NCBI GenBank assembly: GCA_041482235.1
Contig: JBGPDK010000002.1
Coordinates: forward strand, 1-59,267
Length of the DNA: 59,267 nucleotides
Origin: Thermoanaerobaculia bacterium
Lineage (GTDB): Bacteria > Acidobacteriota > Thermoanaerobaculia > UBA5066
Direction of reading: 5' to 3'
Below the pieces are notes generated by a model, which saw only the letters and a program-made list of their open reading frames with translations, did no database searches and had not been told where the DNA came from. Below are positions 16,555-26,264 of this stretch, piece after piece. Position numbers and translations under genes: made by a program. Position 1 is the first letter of the stretch. Every line of letters begins with the position of its first letter.

Positions 16555-17493
16555 GTGGACCTCACGACCTCGTACCTGGGGCTCAAGCTGGCCCATCCGC
16601 TCGTGCCGGGCGCGTCTCCTCTCTCCAGGGAGCTCGATTCGGTCCTTCGCCTCGAGGATGCCGGCGCGCCCGCGATCGTGCTGCACTCGCTCTTCGAAGA
16701 GCAGATCTCGGCCGATCCCCTCCGCACGCAGCGAACGCCCACGGACCCGGTCGGCTACCTCGAGCACCTGAACCGGGTCAAAGAGTCCGTCCACGTTCCG
16801 GTCATCGCGTCGCTCAACGGCACGACCGACGAGGGCTGGACCTCGTTCGCGAGTCTCGTCGAGCAGGCGGGGGCCGACGCGCTCGAGCTGAACATCTATC
16901 ACCTCTCGACGAGCCTCTGGACGAGCGGCGCGACGCTCGAGGCCTACACGCTCGACACGGTTCGCGCCGTGCGCTCTCTCGTCTCGATCCCGGTCGCGGT
17001 GAAGATCTTCCCCAATTTCTCCTCGATCGCGTCGCTCGCGCGGCAGTTCGAGGAGATCGGCGCGAACGGGCTCGTCCTCTTCAACCGCAGCTACCAGCCG
17101 GACATCGACCTCGAGACGCTGGAGGTCGTGCCCGATCTGCGCCTCTCGAGCTCGAGCGAGCTGCTGCCGCGTCTCTACTGGATCACGACGCTCTTCGGCC
17201 GCGTGGACCTGTCGTTGGCCGTGACGGGCGGCGTCCACACGGGAGCGGACGCCCTGAAGGCGATTCTCGCCGGGGCGGACGTCGTTCAGATGGTCTCGGC
17301 TCTTTTCCAGGGCGGTCCCGGCCACCTGAACGTCGTGCGCAAGGAGGTGGAGCAGTGGCTCGAGTGCCACGGCCACTCCTCCCTCAGCGAGGTTCGGGGC
17401 TGCATGAGCCTCGAGCGGCGGGAGGATGCCAGCTCGTCCACCCGCGCCGGGTTCGTGCAGGTTCTCCAGCGGGGAATGCGCCCGGCACCTTAG
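16555..17493 (+). CDS. dihydroorotate dehydrogenase-like protein (class 1 DHOD/DHPD fold)
   Basis: TSYLGLKLAHPLVPGASP N-terminus, IASLNG, ELNIY and GGVHTGADALKAILAGA are TIM-barrel flavoenzyme blocks. GTG start. Confidence 0.75.
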   Translation: MDLTTSYLGLKLAHPLVPGASPLSRELDSVLRLEDAGAPAIVLHSLFEEQISADPLRTQRTPTDPVGYLEHLNRVKESVHVPVIASLNGTTDEGWTSFASLVEQAGADALELNIYHLSTSLWTSGATLEAYTLDTVRAVRSLVSIPVAVKIFPNFSSIASLARQFEEIGANGLVLFNRSYQPDIDLETLEVVPDLRLSSSSELLPRLYWITTLFGRVDLSLAVTGGVHTGADALKAILAGADVVQMVSALFQGGPGHLNVVRKEVEQWLECHGHSSLSEVRGCMSLERREDASSSTRAGFVQVLQRGMRPAP

Positions 17494-17529
17494 CGCCCCT
17501 ACCCAGGAGAGAGGCTTTGGAGCGGGAGG

Positions 17530-18195
17530 TCAGATCCAGCCGCGCCGGAACGCGAGCGCCACGGCCTCGACCTGGCTGTGGACCTCGAGCTTGCGAAGGA
17601 CGTTCTGGATGTGATTCCTCACGGTCGCGTGCGAGAGGTTCAGCTTCGCCGCGATGTTGAGCGCCGCGTAGCCGTTCGACAGCAACATCACGATCTCCCG
17701 CTCGCGCGAGCTGAGCGGAGAGACGGAGATCGGCGGGTCGATGGGAGGGAGGCCGGCCGGCTCGCGCACGGCCGAGCGCAGTGACGAAATGAGGGTGTCG
17801 AGGCTGGGCCCCTCGGTCTCGAGGAAGTGCATGAGCACCGCGAACGACGGACCCGCGGCGGGCAGCGGAATGGCGCGGACGATGAGCTTGACCGGCGTGG
17901 AAGCCCCTTTTTTCTTGACGTCGAGGAGGTAGGGCCTCACGTCGTCGCCCGCGATGGCCGAGACGACGACGGGGCACTCCTGCGTGCAGTACAGGTTGCC
18001 GAACACATCGCGCCCAGCGAGGACGTCGAAACACATCTTGCCGAGCACTTCGTCGGCGGACCAGCCCAGCGCTTTTGTCGCGCCTTCGTTCCAGTAGACG
18101 ATGCGGTCGTGGCGGTCCATGCCATACGCCGGGGCCTTCGAGTCGGCGATGAGCTCGAGCGCGTCCCGGACGGGCAGGGAGAGGGGAGAGGGCAT
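17530..18195 (-). CDS. PAS domain / LuxR-type HTH transcriptional regulator
   Basis: N-terminal PAS-like region (IVYWNEGATKALGWSADEVLGK) and a C-terminal LuxR HTH (LSSREREIVMLLSNGYAALNIAAKLNLSHATVRNHIQNVLRKL). Confidence 0.8.
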   Translation of the reverse strand: MPSPLSLPVRDALELIADSKAPAYGMDRHDRIVYWNEGATKALGWSADEVLGKMCFDVLAGRDVFGNLYCTQECPVVVSAIAGDDVRPYLLDVKKKGASTPVKLIVRAIPLPAAGPSFAVLMHFLETEGPSLDTLISSLRSAVREPAGLPPIDPPISVSPLSSREREIVMLLSNGYAALNIAAKLNLSHATVRNHIQNVLRKLEVHSQVEAVALAFRRGWI

Positions 18196-18222
18196 GGCGC
18201 CTATTCTGTCAGAAAAACGCGC

Positions 18223-20049
18223 TCAGGAGTTGAGGTCCCGCGCGGGATCGAATTGCTCGAACAGGCGGGCGAGCAGGAATACTCCCCCTGCCGCTTCGGC
18301 CAGGACCGGCAAGGCCGCGAGAATCGCAGCGATGGGCAGCGACCAGAAGCCCAGCGGCCTGAAGGCGAAAAAGATCAGCGGCGCGGCCAGAAGTGCCGCC
18401 GGGACGAGGGCGAGGGCGAGAACGAGCGACGTGCCGAGAAACGAGAGCACCCGGAGACCCGACTGCTCGAGGCCCACGGCGCGCCTTCTGCCCGCCGGAA
18501 ACCAGGCCGGAAAAGCGAGGACAGACGCGTTCTGAACCACGAGGGCGAGCGCGACGAGGGCGGGGAGGAAAACGGCCATCGTCAGGGCGACGGGGACGAG
18601 CACTTCGAACCGCAGGAACGGGGCCACGGTGCCGGGCGCCGCGACGGCTGTCCCGAGAAACGCTCCACGCACCAGGCGTCCGGCGCCGATCGCGAGGGCA
18701 ATCGCGATTCCTCCCCAGCCGTAGAGAACCGCGACCACGGCCGGTGCGGCGAGCTCGGCGAGGACGAGACGCTCTGCCGGGAGCGGCCAGGTTCTGAGGA
18801 CCGCCGCGTACTCGAGGTCTCCGCGCAGGTCGATCCGGAAGCCGAGGGTCGTGACGAGGGCGAGGACCGCGGTCACGCTCAGGCACGTCGCGCTTCCGAT
18901 CGCGGCCCCGGCATCGGCCGTCGGCGCCGTCAGGAGGGCGGACGCTACGAAGCACGCAGCCGCGACAGACCCCACGATCACGGTCTGGCGGGCGAGGCTC
19001 GCTCGTTTCCAGGCGAGGAGATTTTTCCACACGATCGCGAGCTCGGGCCGCCCGCGTGGCGCCAGAGCGAACGGCACGATGCCGCGGCGCCTCTCGGAGG
19101 GCGGGGCCTCGAGCCGGCCCGACTCGCGGCGGGCGCGCTGGGCAGCGCGCCGCGAGGCGTGGGCGAGCGTGGCCTCCTCGAACCGGCCGGCCGTGAGCGC
19201 CACACACGCGTAGAGGAGGGCCAGGAGGCCGAGGGCGGGCGGGAGGGCGAGGGAGAACGCGCGGGCGTTGGGGGCCAGAAGCGGAGCGAGGATCCAACGG
19301 AACGGGGTGAGAAGAGTGAACGGGGCGGTGCCGAAAGGCCCCGTTCGGAGCGCCGCGACGAACGTGCCCAGAGACACGACCGACCCGCTCTTGAGGCCGG
19401 ATGTTCCCGCGAGGAGGCCGGTCCCGAGACTCCAGAGGAGCATTCCGAGAGCGCCCACGGTGAGCGCGAAGGCCGCGGTCTTCGTGGCGCGGCGGGAGGC
19501 CGGCGGAAGCTCGTTCCATCGTGCCTTCGTGAAGGCGAGCGCGAGGTTATGAAGGTTGACCGCCGTCAGCAGCAGCCAGAGTCCGGCGCCGGTCAGAATC
19601 GCCGTGCCGCCCCCGCTGCGGCCCGACACGACGGTGATGACCAGCGCACTGAACAGGACGGGAAGCTGCGCCTTCAGGAGGGCGTAATGGAGGAGGGCGC
19701 GGCGCGGAACGGGGGCCGGGAAGAGAAACTGGATCTCGGCCTCCGACAGCCCGAGCGACGGCTGGCCCCTTCGGAAGAGCCAGGTCAGGAGCGCGACGAC
19801 GGCCAGCGCGGCCGCGCCGGCGAGCATCAGGAGCTCGCCCGCGTGCGCCGGCAGGCGCGGGGGCGCCGGCGGGCCTCCGGACCGGCTGCCCGGCCTCGTG
19901 AAGAGCATGGCGAAGTACGCGGCGCCGAGGAGGAATCCGACCATGTACCGCGGCTCGCGGAGGCGGCCGACCTTCTTCCGCGCGGCGTTCTTCAGCATCC
20001 GCCCGGCGGCGAACAGGACGAGGGAGAAGGGCGCGGACGGCGCGCTCAC
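18223..20049 (-). CDS. polytopic membrane protein, putative ABC exporter permease
   Basis: 608 aa with at least 10 hydrophobic segments. Overlaps the upstream ABC ATPase gene by 4 nt. Confidence 0.6.
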   Translation of the reverse strand: MSAPSAPFSLVLFAAGRMLKNAARKKVGRLREPRYMVGFLLGAAYFAMLFTRPGSRSGGPPAPPRLPAHAGELLMLAGAAALAVVALLTWLFRRGQPSLGLSEAEIQFLFPAPVPRRALLHYALLKAQLPVLFSALVITVVSGRSGGGTAILTGAGLWLLLTAVNLHNLALAFTKARWNELPPASRRATKTAAFALTVGALGMLLWSLGTGLLAGTSGLKSGSVVSLGTFVAALRTGPFGTAPFTLLTPFRWILAPLLAPNARAFSLALPPALGLLALLYACVALTAGRFEEATLAHASRRAAQRARRESGRLEAPPSERRRGIVPFALAPRGRPELAIVWKNLLAWKRASLARQTVIVGSVAAACFVASALLTAPTADAGAAIGSATCLSVTAVLALVTTLGFRIDLRGDLEYAAVLRTWPLPAERLVLAELAAPAVVAVLYGWGGIAIALAIGAGRLVRGAFLGTAVAAPGTVAPFLRFEVLVPVALTMAVFLPALVALALVVQNASVLAFPAWFPAGRRRAVGLEQSGLRVLSFLGTSLVLALALVPAALLAAPLIFFAFRPLGFWSLPIAAILAALPVLAEAAGGVFLLARLFEQFDPARDLNS

Positions 20050-20762
20050 GCGGCGCCCGTGACGCGCAGGAAGATCTCCTCGAGCGACGCGTCCCCGCCC
20101 GCGCCCGCGCGGATCTCGTCGAGCGTGCCGGAGAGCACGGCCTTCCCGCGCGAGAGGACGAGGACGCGCCCGCAGATCTCCTCCACGAGCGGAAGCAGAT
20201 GCGACGACACGATGACGGCGGCCCCCGCCGCGGCGCGGCGGACGATCGTCTGTTTCATCCTCCGGATGCCGCCCGGGTCGATGCCGGTGAGCGGCTCGTC
20301 GAAGACGAGGACCTCCGGATCGTGGAGAAGGCCGCAGGCCACGACGAGCTTCTGCTTCATGCCCCGCGAGAGCTCGGCGGGCAGCGCGCGCTCCTTGCCC
20401 GTCAGCTCCAGCTCCTCGAGGAGAGATCGCGCGCGCGGCCCGGCGTCGGCCACCCCGAACATGCGCGCGGTGAACGCGAGGTGGTCCTCGACGGTGAGGT
20501 ACTCGAAGAGGCGCGGTTCGTCCGGCATGAACGCGAGGCGGCGCCGCGCCTCGACGGGCCGCGCGGCGAGGTCGAACCCGGCGATCCTGATCGTGCCGGC
20601 ATTCGGCGGCAGGATTCCCGCGAGACAGCGCAGCGTCGTCGTCTTCCCGGCGCCGTTCGGGCCCACGAGCCCGAGGACCTCTCCGCGCGCGACGCGGAAG
20701 CTGAGGCCGTCCACCGCCGTGAGGTTCTGGTAAGCCTTGACGAGGCCTTCGACTTCGATCAC
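20046..20762 (-). CDS. ABC transporter ATP-binding protein
   Basis: Walker A GPNGAGKTT, signature LSRGMKQK and Walker B VLVFDEP. Confidence 0.9.
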   Translation of the reverse strand: MIEVEGLVKAYQNLTAVDGLSFRVARGEVLGLVGPNGAGKTTTLRCLAGILPPNAGTIRIAGFDLAARPVEARRRLAFMPDEPRLFEYLTVEDHLAFTARMFGVADAGPRARSLLEELELTGKERALPAELSRGMKQKLVVACGLLHDPEVLVFDEPLTGIDPGGIRRMKQTIVRRAAAGAAVIVSSHLLPLVEEICGRVLVLSRGKAVLSGTLDEIRAGAGGDASLEEIFLRVTGAA

Positions 20763-20822
20763 CGGGCCGGAGTGTACGGAAAAGGGCGAAGTCCGCCCTC
20801 GCTGACGCTACACTTCCGATGC

Positions 20823-21995
20823 ATGCCGCGCCTCACGCTCCAGACGGCGGGCGAGTCCCACGGCCCGCTCCTGACGGGCCTCGTCACGGGGCTCCCCGCC
20901 GGCCTCAGGATCGACGTCGCGGCGTTGAACGCCGACCTCGCGCGGCGGCAGCACGGTTACGGGCGCGGCGGCCGCATGAAGATCGAGAAGGACGAGGCGC
21001 GGTTCACGGGCGGACTCCGCGGCGGCGAGACCCTCGGCAGCCCGATCGCCTTCGAGATCGCGAATCGCGACCACGGCGTGTGGGAGAAGGTCATGGACCC
21101 CGTGGACATGGACCCCGAGGCGGCGGCGAAGCGCCGGCTCACGTCGCCGCGGCCCGGGCACGCGGACCTCGCGGGCGGACTCAAGTACGGCCGGCGCGAT
21201 CTGCGGGATGTCCTCGAGCGCGCCAGCGCGCGCGAATCCGCGGCGCGCGTGGCGGCCGGCGCTCTGTGCCGGCAGCTCCTCCTCGCGCTCGGAATGCGCG
21301 TGAAGAGCGGCGTGCTCTCGATCGGGGATGTCGCGGTGCCGGAGGGGCCGCGCTCTTACGAGGATCTCGACGGGGTCGACGAAACCTCGCCGTTCCGGCT
21401 CGTGGACCGGGGCGTCGAGGGGGCCATGAAGGCCGCGGTCGACGCGGCGGCGAAGGCCGGCGACACGCTGGGCGGGACGATTCTCGTCGGCGCCCGCGGC
21501 GTTCCGCCGGGCCTCGGCTCGCACGTCTCGTGGGAAGACAAGCTGGACGGGCGGATCGCGCGCGCGTTGATGTCGATCCCGTCCGTGAAGGCCGTCTCGC
21601 TGGGGGAAGGGGTCGCCAACGCGTTCCGACGCGGCTCCGCCGCGCACGACGCCATCATCCACGAGCCGGAGCACGGGTTCTCCCGCACGTCGAACCGCGC
21701 CGGCGGCCTCGAGGGGGGAATCACGAACGGCGAGGACGTGCTTGCGACGCTCTATCAGAAGCCCATCTCCACGCTCCGCGACGGCCTTCCTTCCGTGGAC
21801 ATCGAGACGAAGCAGCCGCACCGCGCGCAGTACGAGCGCTCGGACGTGACGGCCGTGCCGGCGTGCGGCGTCATCGGAGAGGCCATGCTCGCCTTCGTCC
21901 TCGCGGACGCGCTCCTGGAGAAGACGGGGGGGGATTCGATGGAAGAAGTGAAGAGGAACTTCGAAGGGTTCGTGAAGGCGCAGAAACAGTACTGA
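20823..21995 (+). CDS. aroC: chorismate synthase
   Basis: LQTAGESHG N-terminus, RRQHGYGRGGRMKIE, RPGHADLAG and ERSDVTAVPA blocks. Internal ATG of ORF 20199..21995. Confidence 0.9.
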   Translation: MPRLTLQTAGESHGPLLTGLVTGLPAGLRIDVAALNADLARRQHGYGRGGRMKIEKDEARFTGGLRGGETLGSPIAFEIANRDHGVWEKVMDPVDMDPEAAAKRRLTSPRPGHADLAGGLKYGRRDLRDVLERASARESAARVAAGALCRQLLLALGMRVKSGVLSIGDVAVPEGPRSYEDLDGVDETSPFRLVDRGVEGAMKAAVDAAAKAGDTLGGTILVGARGVPPGLGSHVSWEDKLDGRIARALMSIPSVKAVSLGEGVANAFRRGSAAHDAIIHEPEHGFSRTSNRAGGLEGGITNGEDVLATLYQKPISTLRDGLPSVDIETKQPHRAQYERSDVTAVPACGVIGEAMLAFVLADALLEKTGGDSMEEVKRNFEGFVKAQKQY

Positions 21996-22001
21996 GCATT
22001 T

Positions 22002-22034
22002 CGAAGAGAATTTTCTTAGAAGGGTAAGAAACCG
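22002..22034 (+). repeat. AT-rich repeat copy, forward arm, downstream of aroC
   Basis: CGAAGAGAATTTTCTTAGAAGGGTAAGAAACCG starts 7 nt after the aroC stop. Confidence 0.8.
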
Positions 22035-22038
22035 ACCC

Positions 22039-23178
22039 GTGGACTTCGACCTGGAATTCCCTTCCAAGAAATCTTCCATCCAGTTCAATCACGCCGCGAT
22101 CTGCCCGCTGCCGGCGCGCGCGGCGGCCGCGCTCGGGGCCTACGCGCGCAACCTGACGGAGCGCGGGGGCCTCGACTGGCGCGACTGGCCGAAGAAAGCC
22201 GACGAGGTCCGCGCCCTCGCGGCGCGTCTCGTCGGCGCGGACGAGCGCGTGGGGGGAGCCGGCTCGATCTCCATCGTGCCGAACACGACATGGGGCCTCG
22301 ACGTCGTGGCGCAGGGCCTCGAATTTTCGCCGGGCGACTCGGTCGTCACGGCGGCCTCGGAGTTCCCGGCGAACCTCTCGCCGTGGGTCGCGCTCGAGAA
22401 AAAGGGCGTGAAGGTGCGCCGCATCCCGACGCGGGACGGGGCGTTCGCCGCCGAAGATGTCGCGGCCGTCTGCGACGCCACGACGCGGCTCGTCTCCGTC
22501 TCGCTCGTGGCGTTTCACACGGGCTTCCGCGCGCCTGTCGAAGCGCTCGGCGCCTTCTGCCGCGGGCGCGGCATCGTCTTCGGCCTCGACGGCATCCAGG
22601 GCGTGGGCGCCCAGAGCGTGGACGTGGCGGCCTGGAACGTGGACTTCCTGTCGGCGGACGGGCACAAATGGATGCTCGGGCCGGAAGGCTGCGGCGTCCT
22701 CTTCACGACTCCGGAGCTGCGCGCGCGCCTCGCGCCGCCGCCCGGCTGGACGAACCTCAAACGCGCGCACGGGGCGGACTTCCGCGTCCCGGACAAGCCC
22801 GAATACCTCTCCGACGGCGCCCGATTCGAGCCGGGCGCTCTTCCGACGCCGGGTTTGTACGCGCTCGCGGCGTCGCTCGCGCTTCTCCTCGAGATCGGCA
22901 TTCCCGAGGTGGAGCGCCGTATCGCGCGCACGCTCGACGTTCTCGTCATGGGTCTCCCGCGCCTCGGCTTCACGCCGGTCCTGTTCGCCGGCCCGCCGCG
23001 CTCTGGCATCCTCGCGGCGCGCCCCCCCGCGGGCAGGGACGCACGGTACTTCCAGAAGCGTCTCGCGGATGAGAACGTCGTCGTGTCTGCCCGCGAAGGG
23101 TTCGTTCGCTTCTCGCCCCACGTCGGGAACGACGAGGCGGAGGCGGAGCGAATCCTCGGGCTGCTGAAAGGGCTTTAG
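22039..23178 (+). CDS. aminotransferase class V-fold PLP-dependent enzyme (cysteine desulfurase/SufS-like fold)
   Basis: FNHAA N-terminal block and SADGHKWMLGPEG (PLP lysine). The GTG start lies inside a repeat element, so the start is uncertain. Confidence 0.75.
   Translation: MDFDLEFPSKKSSIQFNHAAICPLPARAAAALGAYARNLTERGGLDWRDWPKKADEVRALAARLVGADERVGGAGSISIVPNTTWGLDVVAQGLEFSPGDSVVTAASEFPANLSPWVALEKKGVKVRRIPTRDGAFAAEDVAAVCDATTRLVSVSLVAFHTGFRAPVEALGAFCRGRGIVFGLDGIQGVGAQSVDVAAWNVDFLSADGHKWMLGPEGCGVLFTTPELRARLAPPPGWTNLKRAHGADFRVPDKPEYLSDGARFEPGALPTPGLYALAASLALLLEIGIPEVERRIARTLDVLVMGLPRLGFTPVLFAGPPRSGILAARPPAGRDARYFQKRLADENVVVSAREGFVRFSPHVGNDEAEAERILGLLKGL
22053..22081 (-). repeat. AT-rich repeat copy, reverse arm, in the first codons of the class V PLP enzyme gene
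   Basis: The reverse complement reads GGATGGAAGATTTCTTGGAAGGGAATTCC. Translated as EFPSKKSSI just before the conserved FNHAA. Confidence 0.75.
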
Positions 23179-23230
23179 ATTTCGGACCCGTCCGTTTCGT
23201 GCAGGCGTCGGTTCATCGGGCCACGGTCTG

Positions 23231-23260
23231 CAAAGTTTCTTAGAAGGTGAATAGGGCCGG
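23231..23260 (+). repeat. solitary AT-rich repeat copy between convergent genes
   Basis: CAAAGTTTCTTAGAAGGTGAATAGGGCCGG ends 9 nt before the M23 peptidase stop codon. Confidence 0.8.
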
Positions 23261-23268
23261 GTCCGCGG

Positions 23269-24258
23269 TCAGCGCGCGGAAAGGGGCAGTTCGGGCAGGT
23301 CCGGAGGCGTCGGCCCGGCACGGAGCTCGGCGGCGCCGATCCAATCGACGTCGAGCACGAAGATCCTCGGGTCGCGGGGCACCCAGCGCCCGTTCACGAG
23401 CCGGTGAACCTCGTAATGAAGCCGGGGCGTGACGGCGAATCCCGTCGTGCCCACACGGCCGATTGGTCCGCCGCGCGCAACGCGCTGGCCCTTCTTTACG
23501 AGGGGCACGGCGAGGTGGCCATAGATCGTGCGCGTGCGGGCGTCGTGGGCCAGCACGACGATCGTGCCGAGGCGGCGCCAGATCGCGTCCGCGTGGCGTG
23601 AGACCGGGCCTGCGTGCAGGACGAGGCCGGCGGCGGGCGCTGTCACGAGCGCTCCGGCGGGGGACGCGAGCGTCAGCCCCGCGCAGAATTCGTCCCGGCG
23701 CGTGACCTCCGACGCATGCCAGCCGAACAGCTCGATCGGCACGGAGGACGAGGGCTCGACGGGAGCCCGGGAGGGTACGGAAACCGGGTCGAAGCCCGCG
23801 GGCAGCGGGCCCGGCAAGGCCGCGAGACGCCGCCGAAACAGCTCGAACACGCGAACGCGCCGGGCGAGGCTCGCGGTCTCCCGTTCCATCGCCGCGGGAG
23901 TCGCCGGCCCGGCCTCTCCGGGTTCCGCTGGGAATCCGTCGGGCAGCGGGATCTCGAGGATCGCGCCGACACGGGCGAGGAACAGCTCGTCGGCCGCGAG
24001 GCGGTTGCCGAGGGCGAGCGTACGCCGCCCAACCGACGCGAACGACTCTGCGCCCCGCTGCGCGGTCGCACGGATCGCCAGGCGGTCGGCGGCGTCCATG
24101 GCGTCCGAAACGACATGAGGCGCGCCCGCGAGGCCCAGGACGATGGAGGCCCCGCACAAGAGGAGGAATCCCGCGAGGGCGGCGCCGCCGAGCGGCCCGA
24201 TCTCGAGCGAGCGGCTCCTCTTGCCCGCGTTCCCCGGATGCACGCGCAGGAGACTCAT
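23269..24258 (-). CDS. M23 family metallopeptidase
   Basis: C-terminal LytM block HDARTRTIYGHL...GRVGTTGFAVTPRLHYEV with one N-terminal TM. I chose the start at the ATGA overlap with the upstream gene (MSLLRVHPG) rather than the ATG at 24408. Confidence 0.8.
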   Translation of the reverse strand: MSLLRVHPGNAGKRSRSLEIGPLGGAALAGFLLLCGASIVLGLAGAPHVVSDAMDAADRLAIRATAQRGAESFASVGRRTLALGNRLAADELFLARVGAILEIPLPDGFPAEPGEAGPATPAAMERETASLARRVRVFELFRRRLAALPGPLPAGFDPVSVPSRAPVEPSSSVPIELFGWHASEVTRRDEFCAGLTLASPAGALVTAPAAGLVLHAGPVSRHADAIWRRLGTIVVLAHDARTRTIYGHLAVPLVKKGQRVARGGPIGRVGTTGFAVTPRLHYEVHRLVNGRWVPRDPRIFVLDVDWIGAAELRAGPTPPDLPELPLSAR

Positions 24259-26264
24259 GGCGCCCCCGGGCGCGTCGCGGGGCCGGATCCGATCTGGATG
24301 CCGAGGAGACGGGGGTCGCGGCGCGACGCGGGGCGGAAGGGCTGCACGACGTGGATCCGGAAGACGCCGCGAGCCCCGGGGGGAACGGTGACCTCGAGCC
24401 TTTTCCATTCGCCCGCCGGCAACGTCACGCGACCTCGCGGGATGTCGTCGAAAAACACGTCGAGGGCCGCTGGTCGCCCATCAGGTCGCCCGTTCTTGAC
24501 CTGCAGCGCGAGCACGATGGACCCGGATTCCGCCGAAAGCGCCGGAACGGAGACGGGCCAGGCCGCCGACTCGCCGGTCCATCGGAAGGGCCGGCCGCCG
24601 GGCTCGTGCTCCAGGTCGAAGACGCCTGCGCTCGAGGCATGACGGAACGCGGCCTCCGCGCTCCGGGTTTCCCGGTCCCGCGCGGCGACGCCCCCGATCG
24701 TGCAGACGAGAGCGCCCGCGAGAACGACGGGGACGACCGCCTCGAGGAATCGCCCCGTTCGGCCGTCCTCGCGGAGCGGGAGCCGGGCGGCGAGGAGGCC
24801 GACGAGCGCGGCGATCTCGGAATAGACGAGGTGGGAGCCGAACAGGAACACGACGAGCAGCCCGATCATCGACGCCGCGGCCGCGGCGCGCGCGACGGCC
24901 TCGTCATCGTGGGAATCGCCTTCGAGCGTGAGGGCGCGGCCCGCGGCGCGCGTGACGCCGAGGAGAAGAAGGACGAGCAGCGACGCGCCGGAGAGGCCCG
25001 ACTCGGCGAGGGTTCCGAGATAAAGGGACGGCGGGTGGTCGGTCGCGTGCACGGTGCGGCCCAGCGCCTTCGAGGCGAGATCGGGAAACACCATGTGAAA
25101 CGAACCGAGGCCGATGCCCGCGACCGGGTGCGTGCGAAACGCCTCCCACGCGACTTCGTACAGCAAGAGACGGCCCGGGGTCTCCTCGAACGGGGTCGGC
25201 TGCGAGCTGAAAGGCGCTTCGAGCCGGGCGAGAAGGGCCGAGCGGACGGCTCCGCGATTCGGCCAGGAGAGCGCCGCCGCGAAGACGAGCGCGGAGAGGA
25301 TTGCCAGGGCGCCGATCGTTCCGGCCACGCGCCGCCGGGCGCCGACGCCGCCACCCGCCGCGAGCCGGGTGAGCCCCCACAGGACGAAGACGAGGGTCGC
25401 CGTGACGGTGCCAACGAGCCCCGCGCGGGAGCCCGCATCGGCCAGGACCACCAGGAGCGCCGCCCCGGCCGCCGAAGCGACGAGCCTGCGGGCGATGCTT
25501 CCCGTCGCCGCGAGGGCGAGCAGAGGAACGACGAGGAGCGCGACCGCGACGCCGGCCGCCGACGGGTCGGTAAAGGTGCTCTGCGCCCGGTGCCACTCCG
25601 CCCACCGCTTTGAGCGCAGGAGCGGCAGCGCGCCCGTCTTCTGAAGCAGCGCCACTCCGCCGGCGAGGAGGGCGCACGCGAAAAGCGCCCGGTCCAGCAC
25701 CGCCGCGCGCGCTTCGGCCACGAAGCGCGCGGCGATCCGGTACATGCCCGCCGCCACGAACAGGGGAAGCAGGGCGCCGAGGACACCCGGCAGAATCTGG
25801 CTTGCATCCTCGCCCAGGAGGTTCACCGCGTAGGGGGGAGAGACACCGCGTGAGAGGAGGTAGCTCGTGCGCAGGCCCACGAACGCCGCGGCGCCGGACA
25901 CTGCCGAGACCGCCGCGAACGCTCGAAAGGGCCCGAGGAGCGGCGGGCGCCGGGCGGGCGGGTGCGTGTCGTAGAGATCCTTCAGGCTCGCGCCGGCGAA
26001 ATACCCGAAGAGGACGAGCGGCGTGGCGGCCAGGGGCTCGTTCGCGCCAAAGGCGAGCGCGGAGACGCCGCCGAGCGCCGCGGCCGAGAACGCGAGCACG
26101 AACGCGGGCCGGGGCGCCGCGAGCGCCGCGGCGAAGAGCGCGAGTGCCGTGAGGGCCACGGCCGTGCGATAGCCGGGGAAGGGCGGCAGCAAGAGCGGCA
26201 GGGCGAACCCGAGGAGAGTCGCCCAGCCAAGGCAGGACAGGAGCGCCGCCGCCGTGCGGCTCAC
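24255..26264 (-). CDS. O-antigen ligase/polymerase-like (Wzy_C) membrane protein with a C-terminal extracytoplasmic domain
   Basis: At least 10 TM helices, a large-loop motif FRTHPVAGIGLGSFHMVF and a ~130 aa soluble tail. GTGA overlap with the upstream paralogue. Confidence 0.65.
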   Translation of the reverse strand: MSRTAAALLSCLGWATLLGFALPLLLPPFPGYRTAVALTALALFAAALAAPRPAFVLAFSAAALGGVSALAFGANEPLAATPLVLFGYFAGASLKDLYDTHPPARRPPLLGPFRAFAAVSAVSGAAAFVGLRTSYLLSRGVSPPYAVNLLGEDASQILPGVLGALLPLFVAAGMYRIAARFVAEARAAVLDRALFACALLAGGVALLQKTGALPLLRSKRWAEWHRAQSTFTDPSAAGVAVALLVVPLLALAATGSIARRLVASAAGAALLVVLADAGSRAGLVGTVTATLVFVLWGLTRLAAGGGVGARRRVAGTIGALAILSALVFAAALSWPNRGAVRSALLARLEAPFSSQPTPFEETPGRLLLYEVAWEAFRTHPVAGIGLGSFHMVFPDLASKALGRTVHATDHPPSLYLGTLAESGLSGASLLVLLLLGVTRAAGRALTLEGDSHDDEAVARAAAAASMIGLLVVFLFGSHLVYSEIAALVGLLAARLPLREDGRTGRFLEAVVPVVLAGALVCTIGGVAARDRETRSAEAAFRHASSAGVFDLEHEPGGRPFRWTGESAAWPVSVPALSAESGSIVLALQVKNGRPDGRPAALDVFFDDIPRGRVTLPAGEWKRLEVTVPPGARGVFRIHVVQPFRPASRRDPRLLGIQIGSGPATRPGAP

